Of a stretch of DNA of 64,000 nucleotides, positions 38,719 through 48,558 are shown in pieces (the stretch's first letter is position 1; every line of letters starts with the position of its first letter). Source of the DNA: an uncultured Anaerolineales bacterium (GTDB lineage Bacteria > Chloroflexota > Anaerolineae > B4-G1); contig CAZHAX010000015.1 in NCBI GenBank assembly GCA_964530325.1, positions 516-64,515 on the forward strand, read 5' to 3'. A program made the translations under genes and the position numbers. The notes below the pieces were generated by a model, which had not been told where the DNA came from, ran no database searches, and saw only the letters and a program-made list of their open reading frames with translations.

Positions 38719-39587
38719 AGGGAGGCCACGAGGAGTGGCGGGCGCTCCTCATCGCCCACGCCAGCGGGATGCTGGAAGGGCCGGAGCAGGCGGTGCTCGA
38801 GGCCCATGTCCAGCGCTGCCCAACCTGCCGGCGGGAGCTGGCCGCCTGGGAGAGCATCTCGGCCGCGGTTCGGGCGCAACCAGTCGCCACGCCTTCCCGG
38901 GCCGGGCGATACCGTTTGCTGGCACTTGTCCGGGCGCAGCGCCAAAGGAGTCTTTCTCTCGTTCCTCTCCTGCTGCGGTCCCAGGCGAAAGTCATCCGCG
39001 GTGAGATCTGGGCCGCCTCGGCGGTGATGCTGGCGATCGGCCTGCTGGTGACGCTGGCCAGCGGCAGCCCGGGTGGCGAGGCCCTGGCCTTCGTGATGGT
39101 CGCGCCCATCGTCGCCGCCGTGGGCATGTCGTTCATCTATGGGCCCGCGGTCGACCCAGCACTGGAGACTGAGCTGGCCTCTCCCACCTCAGCCCGGCTG
39201 GTGTTGCTGGCCAGGCTGCTCCTGGTATTCAGCTTCGACCTGCTGCTGGCGCTGGGGGGCAGCGGCCTTCTGGCGCTGCTCTGGCGGGGTGTGCCGCTGT
39301 GGCCGCTGGTTTCGACGTGGCTTGCGCCGATGGCTTTCCTCTCCGGTCTCTCGCTGGTGTTGAGTGTCCTGTCGTCCGATCCGGGGGCTGGCGTTCTGGT
39401 CAGCCTAAGCCTGTGGGGGCTGCAGGTGGTATACAGCTTGGGGGGCTTCGAGGGCACTCGGCTGCAGCTCCCCGACCTGACGGCGCCGGCGGCGCAGCCC
39501 TGGCTGTGGGCGCTGACCCTCTCGCTGTGGGCGGCAGCGCTGTGGGGGGCTGGGCGGCCGGAGTGGTGCATAAGGAGACGGGCGTGA
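38715..39587 (+). CDS. Anti-sigma factor (zinc-finger ZAS-like N-terminus, multi-TM C-terminus)
   Basis: ATG overlaps the sigma stop (ATGA). HVQRCPTCRRE HxxxCxxC motif. Followed by hydrophobic helices. Confidence 0.7.
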   Translation: MKGGHEEWRALLIAHASGMLEGPEQAVLEAHVQRCPTCRRELAAWESISAAVRAQPVATPSRAGRYRLLALVRAQRQRSLSLVPLLLRSQAKVIRGEIWAASAVMLAIGLLVTLASGSPGGEALAFVMVAPIVAAVGMSFIYGPAVDPALETELASPTSARLVLLARLLLVFSFDLLLALGGSGLLALLWRGVPLWPLVSTWLAPMAFLSGLSLVLSVLSSDPGAGVLVSLSLWGLQVVYSLGGFEGTRLQLPDLTAPAAQPWLWALTLSLWAAALWGAGRPEWCIRRRA

Positions 39588-40303
39588 CGTCTTGCCGACG
39601 CCGTGCACGGTGGCAACTCGCAGTCACTTCAGCGGTCAGAAGAATCGGCTGGCTTCCCGTCGTCGGAAGCGGCGCCGCCGTCGGGCTATTGCTCGTGCTA
39701 GATGCGACGGTCTGGCGCGGGGTTGGCGGGGCTCTCGTGCCCAAGGAGCGAGTGGTGGATGCGGTTCTGCCCCTGGCGGTCGGGCTGCAGGCCGCCTTCC
39801 TGCTCTCGCCCGAGGACGAGAAGCCGCTGGAACTCCTGCTCAGCTGCCCTCGGCCGCTGTCCTGGACACTGGCCGAGCGCCTGCTGGCCATGGTCCTCCT
39901 GCAGGGCGGCGTGGCCGTGGTGGGCACGGTTGCCAGCCTGGCGATGGGAGCAGAGGGCATCACACTGGCCGTAGGGCGGTGGCTCTCTCCCTCTTTGCTC
40001 CTTGGGTCCATCGCGGTCTACCTTGCCTTGTCGACGCGCCAGGGTGCCCTGGGAGCGCTGAGCGTCGTAGTGCTGTGGGGCGGCATGCTGCTGGGCGGCG
40101 ACGCGCTGCTCGAGCGGTGGCCGTGGCTGTGGCCGCTGCACCTCTACCTCCAGCCTGACAGTGTCTCGCTTGCCGCCTACTGCATCAACCGGGCTACGCT
40201 GGCCCTGGCGGGTGTGGTGTTTATCTCACTGTCGGTATCCCTCACCCGCGACGAAGAGAGGTTGCTCGGCATACGCGGTGCCGGGAGAGGAGGAGCGGGT
40301 TGA
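39584..40303 (+). CDS. Membrane protein (ABC-2-type permease-like)
   Basis: GTG overlaps the anti-sigma stop (GTGA). Multiple TM helices. Confidence 0.5.
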   Translation: MTSCRRRARWQLAVTSAVRRIGWLPVVGSGAAVGLLLVLDATVWRGVGGALVPKERVVDAVLPLAVGLQAAFLLSPEDEKPLELLLSCPRPLSWTLAERLLAMVLLQGGVAVVGTVASLAMGAEGITLAVGRWLSPSLLLGSIAVYLALSTRQGALGALSVVVLWGGMLLGGDALLERWPWLWPLHLYLQPDSVSLAAYCINRATLALAGVVFISLSVSLTRDEERLLGIRGAGRGGAG

Positions 40304-41190
40304 GTGCGGCGCGGGTGGCGGGGATAGTGCGCTACGAGGGCAGGATGCTCTGGCGGCGTCGAGGCCTGCTCGCATTCACAGTCGTCGCTCTGGCCGGCCT
40401 GGCCCTGGCTGCCTTCGCGTGGGCCCCGTCGGCGCGCGGGGCAGTTGGCGAGTCGGCCGAGCTGGGCACCGGAGTCTCAGCCCAGTTGGCCAGGGGTGCC
40501 GCCAGCGTCACGGTGATGATGGAGACCTGGCCCGTGCTGGCGCTGCTGTTGATGCTCGGCATGCCGAGCATCGTGGCTGACGTCGTTCCCCGCGACCGTC
40601 AGCTAGTGGTACGGGAGCTGATCGATAGCACCGGGCTGGGCGTGGGGCTGTACCTGGCTGGCAAGTTGCTCGCCGTGTGGAGAAGCGTGCTTGTCAGTCT
40701 GGCAGTCGTCGCGCTCCTCTTCGGAGTAGCGGCGTGCCGGATCCATGGCCCGTTTGATCTTGAGGTGTACCTGACAATGTGGTCGGTCGGCGTGGCGCCC
40801 CTGGCGCTCTTCACCTCAGGCATGAGCACGCTGCTGGCGGCGGCGCAGCCCTCCCGACGGCGGACCCTGTTCGCGAGTGTTGCGTTCTCCGTCTACTGCG
40901 TCGCCATGCTGGTGACGACGACCGGGACGCGGCAGGACGTTGTGAGTCTGGCCCGGCCGACAGCGCTGATTGCCCTGCAGCTGGAGCAGACGGAACGGAT
41001 GGCGGAGGAGGCGATGCGCGCCTTGCCGGGGGCGGGCTCTGAGCCCCTGGACGGGGCCCTTGACTGGTCGCTGCTGTCCCTGCAGCTCTCTCCGGCTCAG
41101 ATACCACTCACGATTGGGCTGGCAGCGGCACAGGTGGGACTGGTCTGGCTGGCCGCCTGGGCCTGGATGAGGCGGAGTCAAAGACAGTGA
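40300..41190 (+). CDS. ABC-2-type transporter permease-like membrane protein
   Basis: 6 predicted TM helices. 4-bp overlap with the upstream gene. Confidence 0.55.
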   Translation: MSAARVAGIVRYEGRMLWRRRGLLAFTVVALAGLALAAFAWAPSARGAVGESAELGTGVSAQLARGAASVTVMMETWPVLALLLMLGMPSIVADVVPRDRQLVVRELIDSTGLGVGLYLAGKLLAVWRSVLVSLAVVALLFGVAACRIHGPFDLEVYLTMWSVGVAPLALFTSGMSTLLAAAQPSRRRTLFASVAFSVYCVAMLVTTTGTRQDVVSLARPTALIALQLEQTERMAEEAMRALPGAGSEPLDGALDWSLLSLQLSPAQIPLTIGLAAAQVGLVWLAAWAWMRRSQRQ

Positions 41191-42008
41191 GGACGTTGCG
41201 GCAGATAGGGGCGATTGCGCGCACCGAGGTTCGCTTCGGCCTGCGCCGGGGCTGGCCCGTCGTCGGGGTGGCCGTGGCGGGTCTGGCTGTCAGCGGCGCT
41301 ACGATCTGGCTGGCGGCCGAGAACACCGAAGGGCTGGCCCTGTCTCGAGTTGCCGAGCGCAGCGCCAAGGCTTTGGCGGATATCTGGCCGGCGTTCCCCT
41401 TCCTGGTCCTGGGCATCTTGCCCATGGTCAGCGCCCCCGCCATTCCTCTCGACCGCCAGCTTGGCGTCGACGAGCTGCTGAAGAGCCTGCCGCTGGCCAG
41501 CGGCACCTACCTGGCGGGGAAGGTGCTGGGAACGGTGGCTGCGGCCCTGTTGGCCGGCGCAGCGACGCTGGTGCTGCACGTCGTGCTGCACCTTGCTCTC
41601 GTCGGCCCGTTGCTGGTCGAAGTCTACGCCCTGCTGACGCTCTTCTCGGCGCTGCCCTTGCTGACCTGGGCGGCGGCAATGGGTGTGCTGATCGCAAGCG
41701 GGCTGCGATCACGGCGCGGGGCGATCCTGTTGGGCCTGCTGGTGGGAATGGTCAGCCTGTTCGCCTGGGGCTTCGCCGTGATGCGGCCACCATACTCCAG
41801 CGACCAGGGTTACTACGTGGAGCGCACTGGCTCGCTGGTGCGCGATCCCGTCCTTGATCTTGTACTGCAGAAGCATGGCCTGTTGCCGTCGTACGCGCCG
41901 CCGCCAACGTCCGAGCGCCCCCTGTATATGATTGGGGCGGCTCTGCTGGTGCTGGCTGTGACGAGCGCGCTCGCGCTGCTGCGATTGGGCGCGGAGGGAG
42001 AGACCTGA
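41187..42008 (+). CDS. ABC-2-type transporter permease-like membrane protein
   Basis: 6 predicted TM helices. Overlapping start/stop with neighbours. Confidence 0.55.
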   Translation: MRTLRQIGAIARTEVRFGLRRGWPVVGVAVAGLAVSGATIWLAAENTEGLALSRVAERSAKALADIWPAFPFLVLGILPMVSAPAIPLDRQLGVDELLKSLPLASGTYLAGKVLGTVAAALLAGAATLVLHVVLHLALVGPLLVEVYALLTLFSALPLLTWAAAMGVLIASGLRSRRGAILLGLLVGMVSLFAWGFAVMRPPYSSDQGYYVERTGSLVRDPVLDLVLQKHGLLPSYAPPPTSERPLYMIGAALLVLAVTSALALLRLGAEGET

Positions 42009-42883
42009 TGGTTGCCGTATCCAATCTGAGTAAGACGTACAAGGGCGGCGTCCGAGCCTTGCGCGACGTGACGCTCGAGATCGATAACGGCATGCTGGGT
42101 CTGGTAGGCCCCAATGGTGCGGGCAAGACGACGCTGATGCGCATCCTGGCCGGCCTGCTGCGTCCTTCCGCCGGTACGGTGCGAGTGCTGGGCTGCGACC
42201 TGGCCTCGCGACGGGAAAGGCAGGCGGTCAAGGCCCTGCTGGGCTATCTGCCGCAGGAGCTGGGGCTCTACCCCGATCTTACCGGGCGTGAGTTCCTTGA
42301 TTACATCGCCATTCTCAAAGGGCTTGCCGACCGGCCTGCCCGGCGGCGGCAGATAGGGGACCTGCTGGAAGTGGTAGGTCTCGCCGATGCGGCCGATCGC
42401 AGGCTGCGGACCTACTCGGGTGGCATGAAGAGACGTCTAGGGGTGGCGCAGGCCTTGCTGGGCGACCCGCAGCTGCTGATCGTGGATGAGCCCACCGCGG
42501 GACTCGATCCCCAGGAGCGGGTCCGGCTGCGCAACCTGCTGGCCGACATGGCCGGCCGGCGCACTGTGATTCTGTCCACCCACATAATCGAAGACGTGAG
42601 CCAGAGCTGCACGGGTCTGGTCGTCCTGAACGAGGGGCGGATCATCTTCCGCGGTACTCCTCCAGGGCTGATCGACAGGGTTCGTGGCCATGTCTGGACC
42701 ATGGCCCTCCCGGGCGACCAGCGGCCCGACAGATCTCTCGTCGTCGTCTCCAAGCTGCGGATCGACGAGCAGATCGAGTACCGCATCCTAAGCCGGACCG
42801 CACCTCACCCGGCTTCACAGCCGGCTACTCCCAGCCTGGAGGATGCCTACATCTGGCTGATGACTGAAGAGACGCCTGGCTAG
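42008..42883 (+). CDS. ABC transporter ATP-binding protein (ABC-2 subfamily)
   Basis: Walker A GPNGAGKTT, signature YSGGMKRRLGVAQAL, Walker B LLIVDEPTAGLD. Confidence 0.88.
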   Translation: MVAVSNLSKTYKGGVRALRDVTLEIDNGMLGLVGPNGAGKTTLMRILAGLLRPSAGTVRVLGCDLASRRERQAVKALLGYLPQELGLYPDLTGREFLDYIAILKGLADRPARRRQIGDLLEVVGLADAADRRLRTYSGGMKRRLGVAQALLGDPQLLIVDEPTAGLDPQERVRLRNLLADMAGRRTVILSTHIIEDVSQSCTGLVVLNEGRIIFRGTPPGLIDRVRGHVWTMALPGDQRPDRSLVVVSKLRIDEQIEYRILSRTAPHPASQPATPSLEDAYIWLMTEETPG

Positions 42884-42919
42884 GCCGAGGCGAGCAAACG
42901 GAACCGGCTCCGGTTCGCG

Positions 42920-43636
42920 CTACGGCGTGCCTGTCGGCTCCGGGGTAGCTGTGGGGTGGGGAGTAGGCGTAGGCTCCGGCGGGACGTCGGAGAACAGAAC
43001 CTCTTCGAAGCCCAGGGCCAGGACCAGGCGCCGGACGTGCAGCTCCGCGTAGTCCTGGGCCATCTCCAGGATCCCGTCCTCCAGCGCAGCGTCCAGGATC
43101 TTCTGCTCCGCCACCTGCCGGGCCGCGGTCTCCAGATCGGGGTTGAGGCCGACGATGCCGGTCTCCCTGTCGTAGATGTAGGACTCCTCGTTGTTGAGCG
43201 AGACCAGAAGCACCTCCGCGTCAGGAAGGTGGATCACCACTGTGCCTGCCTGGCTGACGGCCACATCCTCTGTGGTCAGGTATGCCAGGTCCACTCCGGC
43301 GATGACCTGGCCGTGGGCGACGAGCAGCAGGCGGTCGCCGAAAAGGAATGCCAGTGGACCCTGCCCGGACTCGGCGGTGATCACCTTCTCCACCGTGTAC
43401 ACGGCAGTCTCCAGCCGGCTTAGCCCCTGCACTTCGCGGACGATCGTCACCTGGTCGGGTATGACCGTTGGAGTCTTGCTGAGCAGCTCGGCCAACTGCT
43501 CCTCCAGCAGCTGCTGTGCATCCTCGAGCGGCGAGGTGATCAGGCGAATGGTGACGACCGTGGCGATCAGGCCGGCGACGAGGATCAGGGCGATCACGGC
43601 CAGTATGATCGTGTTGATTGGTATCTTCCTAGACAT
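42920..43636 (-). CDS. DUF4230-domain membrane-anchored protein
   Basis: N-terminal TM anchor, then a DUF4230-like region. Start at internal ATG (MSRKIPINTIIL). Confidence 0.65.
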   Translation of the reverse strand: MSRKIPINTIILAVIALILVAGLIATVVTIRLITSPLEDAQQLLEEQLAELLSKTPTVIPDQVTIVREVQGLSRLETAVYTVEKVITAESGQGPLAFLFGDRLLLVAHGQVIAGVDLAYLTTEDVAVSQAGTVVIHLPDAEVLLVSLNNEESYIYDRETGIVGLNPDLETAARQVAEQKILDAALEDGILEMAQDYAELHVRRLVLALGFEEVLFSDVPPEPTPTPHPTATPEPTGTP

Positions 43637-45632
43637 CAGACTCGCTCCTTGCCAGCCACTGGACCAGGCCAAGCGTCAGGAAGAAGACGAAGGCCAGGTC
43701 GATCAGGAAGTAGGAGGCGTCGACCAGGCCGTGGGCCAGGAAGCTGACCATTGATGCCGCCATGCCCAGTGCAAGCGCCCGCTGATCGGGGTCCGGCAGT
43801 CGGCGCAGCGGCAGGGCCATTAGCCAGAACTCGATCTGCATCCAGATGCCGGCGATGATTCCAGGTATTCCCATCCGGGTGGCATAATCGAGCAGCACGT
43901 TGTGGGCCTGCGATATGTCCGGCTCCTGCCAGGCGGCGGGGAGGATGTAGCGGCTGCGGTACTCGTAGAGGAAGTTGTCCGGACCGACGCCGAGCCAGGG
44001 GTTTTCGCAGAACATCTTCCACGAGGAACGCCAGATATGGATGCGAAAGAAGGTCGTTCCCCCGCTCGTGTCGAGCAGGGAGCGAAAGCGGGGGGTGCTC
44101 AGCAGGGGCACTGCAGCCAGCGCGCTGCCCGCCAGAGCAGTGATTGATGCCCAGAGCCACCGTCCGCCCGCCAGCAGGCCCAGCGCGAGCAGTGAGAGCG
44201 GTACGCCGAGCAGAAGAGCCCCCTTGGAGAACGATAGCACGAGAGCGGCGCCAATCGGGAGAACGGCGACTGCGTAGGCAATGCGGCGGCCGCGCGAGCC
44301 TCCCAGCAGTGCAACCGCCAGCAGCACCGGCAGGACGCGGCCCATGTAGAGGCCGACGCTGTTAGGCGAACCGTAGACCGAAACCAGCCGGCGGAAGCCC
44401 TCCTCGGCCGTGATCACGTCCGTGCCGAGCACGTATTGGACGAGGCCGATTCCAGCGACCAAAACCCCGCCGAGCACCAGGCAGTCGACCAGCCTCCACA
44501 TCTGGCGCTGGGCCAGCCGGCTGGTGCGGAGCATCACGTAGAAGAGTGCCGGCTCCACAACAAGCACTCGCAGCTCGCGTAGTCCAACGTGCGTCTGGTC
44601 TGCCGCCAGCAACGATAGGATGGCGACAGCGACGAACACCACTACCGAGAGGTCGAGCGTAGATACCTGCCAGGTGAGCTTCGCGCGGCGCGGCCTAGCT
44701 AGCACGAGCCGCGCTCCCCAAGATGCCGCAGCTAGAAGCGTGGCGATCTCGACCAGGGAGAATGACTTGCCGAAGAGGGGGCGTGGCTGCAGGAAGAATG
44801 GCGCTGCTGCGGCGATCAGAGCCAGCCCAGCGTCGAGCCGAAGCCCAACGAGTACCGCCAGCGCCGCCAGGCTGAACAGCGTCAGCCAGGCCCAGGGCGA
44901 CGACTGAAGGATGGCCGCACTGAGCAGCGTGAGGCCGAGAATCAAAGCACCGCTTCCGCCCCACGGCGCTGGCGCGATGGCGGCGCTCGCGGCTGGCCGC
45001 GTCTGTGCCGATTGAGCCAAGGACAGCCGACCCCACCAGATAGCGCCCACCAGGCAGGCCAGGGCGAGCCCGCCGAGCAGAGCCAGCGCTATGTCGTAGG
45101 CATCCGTCCTTGGCGCCCGGCCCGCTGTCCAGCCCGCGAGAGGCCACTGGTCCCAGCCGCGCTCCGCCTCGACGACTGCGGTGTGGTCGCCGTCCACCAG
45201 CCCGGCGGCGACAGGCAGTACCTCCACCTGCTGCGTCTCATCTGCCGACGTGAGCACCAGGTAGGCGCCCCGCTCGTCGCGCGGCAGCAGGTTGGCCGGT
45301 TCCCCATCGATGGCCACGTAGAAGTAGGCCCGGTAGGCGCCGCGGCGCACCCGGAGAGCGAAGTCGGTGCCGGAGAAGGATATCCTCACCCGCTCGCTGC
45401 CTGCCTCACTGGGGTCCGCTCCCAGTTCCGAGAACTCCCAGTCTCCCTCCCACTCCGCGGCCGCAGGCAAGGCCGCGTAGGTGCTGGCTTCAGTCTGGTC
45501 AAGAATCTGCTGCCGGGCGAAACCGACAGCGCACGCTGCGAGCAGGGCGAGGAGCAGGCCGGCCACGCTCTTCCCAGCCCGGCCTCTGGCCTTCTGCGCG
45601 GAAGTGCTCACTGCAGCCACCCGTACTACCAC
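43629..45632 (-). CDS. O-antigen ligase/polymerase-family (Wzy_C) membrane protein with a ~200-aa N-terminal extracytoplasmic domain
   Basis: Wzy_C signature region (...LSFSKGALLLG...) and a late AHNVLLDYATRMGIPG motif. More than 10 TM helices. Confidence 0.8.
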   Translation of the reverse strand: MVVRVAAVSTSAQKARGRAGKSVAGLLLALLAACAVGFARQQILDQTEASTYAALPAAAEWEGDWEFSELGADPSEAGSERVRISFSGTDFALRVRRGAYRAYFYVAIDGEPANLLPRDERGAYLVLTSADETQQVEVLPVAAGLVDGDHTAVVEAERGWDQWPLAGWTAGRAPRTDAYDIALALLGGLALACLVGAIWWGRLSLAQSAQTRPAASAAIAPAPWGGSGALILGLTLLSAAILQSSPWAWLTLFSLAALAVLVGLRLDAGLALIAAAAPFFLQPRPLFGKSFSLVEIATLLAAASWGARLVLARPRRAKLTWQVSTLDLSVVVFVAVAILSLLAADQTHVGLRELRVLVVEPALFYVMLRTSRLAQRQMWRLVDCLVLGGVLVAGIGLVQYVLGTDVITAEEGFRRLVSVYGSPNSVGLYMGRVLPVLLAVALLGGSRGRRIAYAVAVLPIGAALVLSFSKGALLLGVPLSLLALGLLAGGRWLWASITALAGSALAAVPLLSTPRFRSLLDTSGGTTFFRIHIWRSSWKMFCENPWLGVGPDNFLYEYRSRYILPAAWQEPDISQAHNVLLDYATRMGIPGIIAGIWMQIEFWLMALPLRRLPDPDQRALALGMAASMVSFLAHGLVDASYFLIDLAFVFFLTLGLVQWLARSESDV

Positions 45633-47188
45633 TCCCAGAGGACGGACGTAACGCCGCCCTCGCTCGTCAGCTGTTCGTACTCACCCGTGCCGGCATCTAC
45701 CAGGTAGAGATTCCCCCGGTAGATGACGGCCAGCTGGCTTCCGCCGGGGCCCCAGGCGACGTGCGGATAGGGCAGGCCAATCTCCTCCCTGGGTGGGAAG
45801 AGGTGCTGCTGATCGGACCCATCGCGATCCATCGAGTACAGATCGTAGCCGCTGGTCTGGCTGACGTATGGGCTGCGGGCGCGGCCGAAGGCTATGGCTT
45901 CGCTCTCGGCCGCGTACTGGGGAGCGGACCACATTCCGGTCTCGCTTGCCAGCTCTACAGCCAGACTGCCGTCGGCCGCCAATACCCACACGTCGAAGAC
46001 CGGGCTGTCCTCAGCAGTCTCACCCGTTGGCGAGGGGCCGTGCATCGTCGTTACGACGTACTGGCTCTCCGGCGACCAGCTGACGGCTGGCACCCAGGCC
46101 CAGGGCGCGAACGTACGGTAGGCCGCGAATACGGCGAGGACGTCCGTCGAGCCGTTCCACAGGTCGATCACGCCCGCCTGGTCTGCCCGAGCGTAGGCAA
46201 TGCGCTGCCCATCCGGCGCCCAGGCGTAATCGGTGCCCCACCACCCATATACGCCGCCGGCGCTTGGCTCGACGACGAGCCATTGGGCGAGCATGGCGCC
46301 ATCCGAGCCCCGGGGCACAGCTACCCAGAGGTCGTTCGCCGCCTTCCAGTCCGGGTTGCCCTCGACCCGAGAACCGGTCGTATAGGCGACGCGGCAGCCG
46401 GATCCGGCTGGAATACCTCTGCACTCCGGAGCCCAATCCGCCCATAGTACACCCTGAACGTCGAGCTCGATCGGCTGCGCGTCTGCAGCCGCGGTACCTA
46501 CCATCCACAGGGTGTTCAACGCAGATTCGAGATCGGTCCCGGTGACGGCGCGTGTGTAGAGCAGGGCCGAGCCGTCCGCCGAGAGCGAGAAGACCCGCGA
46601 GTCCAGGTCCCAGGTGTCGGTGAGGCGGCGGCGGTTGGCGCTTGTCGTCTGCATCACCCAGGCGTTGACGTTGCCGACGTAGGCAATCGTTCCTGCAATA
46701 GGCACCGGCCGCAGCTCGGTCTGAGCGCCGATGAGGACAACCTCCGCCTGAGCTTCCTCGATAGTCACCCGGTTGATCAGCTGGCGGCCGATCTCGGTGC
46801 CGTCCTCCACCGTCACCCGATAGATCCACTCCTCAAGGCCAACCACGCCGGCTTCGAGCAGCCGAGTCTCACCCTCGGGAATGGAGGTGTCGCGTACTGT
46901 GCGTCGCTCGAAGGGTATGTCGTGCTCTTCCGACTCCGTGTAGACCTCGACGCGGACGACGCGCAGCACCATGCCGGACTCGACGAACGTGGTCTCGGGT
47001 GGCTCTACCCGGTCGTCCTCATCCAGGCTGATCCCGGTCTCGATCAGCAGTTCGCCGACCGTCAGCGCCTCTGTGCTGAGGCTGAGGGTCTCGCCGTCGA
47101 CGAGGACGGTGACGGATTGCGCGCCGTCGGGGGAGCAGGCTGCCAGCAAGAGCAGCAGAACGGGTGAAAGGGCCGCCCACCTGGCCAT
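45626..47188 (-). CDS. Lipoprotein with DUF348 + G5 domains and a C-terminal TolB-like beta-propeller
   Basis: Lipobox LLAACS after the internal ATG (MARWAALSPVLLLLLAAC). DUF348-like (VTVLVDGETLSLSTEALTVGELL) and G5-like (YTESEEHDIPFERRTVRDTSIPEGETRLLEAGVVG) segments. WD/PD40-like repeats follow. Confidence 0.7.
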   Translation of the reverse strand: MARWAALSPVLLLLLAACSPDGAQSVTVLVDGETLSLSTEALTVGELLIETGISLDEDDRVEPPETTFVESGMVLRVVRVEVYTESEEHDIPFERRTVRDTSIPEGETRLLEAGVVGLEEWIYRVTVEDGTEIGRQLINRVTIEEAQAEVVLIGAQTELRPVPIAGTIAYVGNVNAWVMQTTSANRRRLTDTWDLDSRVFSLSADGSALLYTRAVTGTDLESALNTLWMVGTAAADAQPIELDVQGVLWADWAPECRGIPAGSGCRVAYTTGSRVEGNPDWKAANDLWVAVPRGSDGAMLAQWLVVEPSAGGVYGWWGTDYAWAPDGQRIAYARADQAGVIDLWNGSTDVLAVFAAYRTFAPWAWVPAVSWSPESQYVVTTMHGPSPTGETAEDSPVFDVWVLAADGSLAVELASETGMWSAPQYAAESEAIAFGRARSPYVSQTSGYDLYSMDRDGSDQQHLFPPREEIGLPYPHVAWGPGGSQLAVIYRGNLYLVDAGTGEYEQLTSEGGVTSVLWEW

Positions 47189-47396
47189 GGTGAAGAGATT
47201 ATACCACCGTAGCCAGCCGCCTACAACGAAAGGTGCGAGGGTGTGGAAGAAGGCAACCACACGACCGGGTGGCGGCTGCGCGCAGTACCGGATCAACCGC
47301 AGAAAACGTGCAGTAGAGGGCCACGGCACGCCGTGCCCCTCTCTTTGCCTTCTCTACATCCTCTGCGCCTCTGCGGTCTTCCGTTGCCCGGGTTCG

Positions 47397-48026
47397 TCAG
47401 GGCAACTGGGCCACGATCTTGTCCGCGCCTATGGGCTCCACGCCCAGGTAGCTCCACAGCACGCTGCCGTCCTGCCCGACTACGAAGACCGCCGGCCCCG
47501 CCAGCTCGCTGCCATAGAGGTTGTAGACTCCGTAGGCCTCGCTGACCTGATGATCCGCATCGGCCAGCATGGGGTACTGAACCTGGAAGCCCTGGCACCA
47601 CTCTTCCACTGAGGAGAGCGGGGCAACGACGATGGCGACCGCTTCCGCACCGCCCTGCTTGAGGGCACTATAGCTGGTTTCCAGCTCGACCAGCTGGGGG
47701 TCTGGCCTTCACCCGCCTCCCCGCTGGAAGAAGGCGATGACGACCGGCCCTTGCGCCAGCTGCTCGGCCAGGCTGAAGTCCGGGCCGCCTGCCTGCGGCA
47801 GAGCGAAATCGGGCGCGAGCCGGAGCGCCGAAGGGCTTGCAGTGGGAGTCGGCGTGGCCGGCGGGAGGGGGATAGGCTGGATGGTGGCCGTGGGCGTGGC
47901 CGTCTGCTCCGGGAAGGATGATTCGGTCGGCTGCGGCACGCTGCAGCCGGCTGCGGTCAGCCCGACGGCCAGGACGGCCGCGGCTGATCCGGCGAGGAGG
48001 AATGAGCCCGCTGACCTTCTGCCCAT
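47397..48026 (-). CDS. Bcp/PrxQ-type peroxiredoxin lipoprotein interrupted by an in-frame TGA at the peroxidatic-Cys position. Either a selenocysteine-containing Prx or a nonsense pseudogene.
   Basis: Lipobox LTAAGC. APDFALP...GPVVIAFFQRGGG-TGA-RPDPQLVELETSYSALKQGGAEAVAIV...SVEEWCQGFQVQYPMLADADHQVSEAYGV...AVFVVGQDGSVLWSYLG aligns with the Prx/Bcp fold, and the stop falls where the catalytic Cys (TxxC) should be. Both halves (ORFs 47709..48065 and 47397..47609) are in the same frame. Confidence 0.55.
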
Positions 48027-48097
48027 GCTCTCGTGTCCCTGCAGCTGCTCGGCCAAGACTACCACGCCCGGCCTGGCCTGTCAACCAGGGCAGGTTT

Positions 48098-48481
48098 CTA
48101 GCGAGCGATTGCGATGGCCTCTATCTCTACGCGCCCTCCCAGCGGCAGCGCCACCACCTGAACGGCCGAACGGGCCGGAGGTGAACTGGCAAAGAACTCC
48201 GCGTAGACGCTGTTCATTCGCGAGAACTCGGCGATATCCTGCAGGAAAACGGTCGTCTTCACCACGTCGGCCAGCGATGAGCCCGCCGCTTGCAGAATCG
48301 CACTCAGGTTGGCCAGCGCCTGGCGGGTCTGGCTCTCTATGTCGGGGCCGGCGAACTCCTTCGTGCCCGGGACCAGCCCCAGCTGGCCGGCGGTGAACAC
48401 GAGATCGCCCGCTCGTACGGCCTGGGAATACGGTCCGACAGCGGCCGGCGCATCGTCTGCATTGATGACTGTTCTGTGCAT
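48098..48481 (-). CDS. ridA: RidA/YjgF-family reactive enamine/imine deaminase
   Basis: MHRTVINADDAPAAVGPYSQAVRAGDLVFTAGQLG... canonical RidA sequence. Only the 3' 127 codons of ORF 48098..49219 are real. Confidence 0.88.
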   Translation of the reverse strand: MHRTVINADDAPAAVGPYSQAVRAGDLVFTAGQLGLVPGTKEFAGPDIESQTRQALANLSAILQAAGSSLADVVKTTVFLQDIAEFSRMNSVYAEFFASSPPARSAVQVVALPLGGRVEIEAIAIAR

Positions 48482-48558
48482 GTCTTCTCCCTTAGTTGGT
48501 AGATGCGGGATACCGGGTCCTTGATACCTGATGCTGCGTGCCCGACCCAGGGTTCCCG

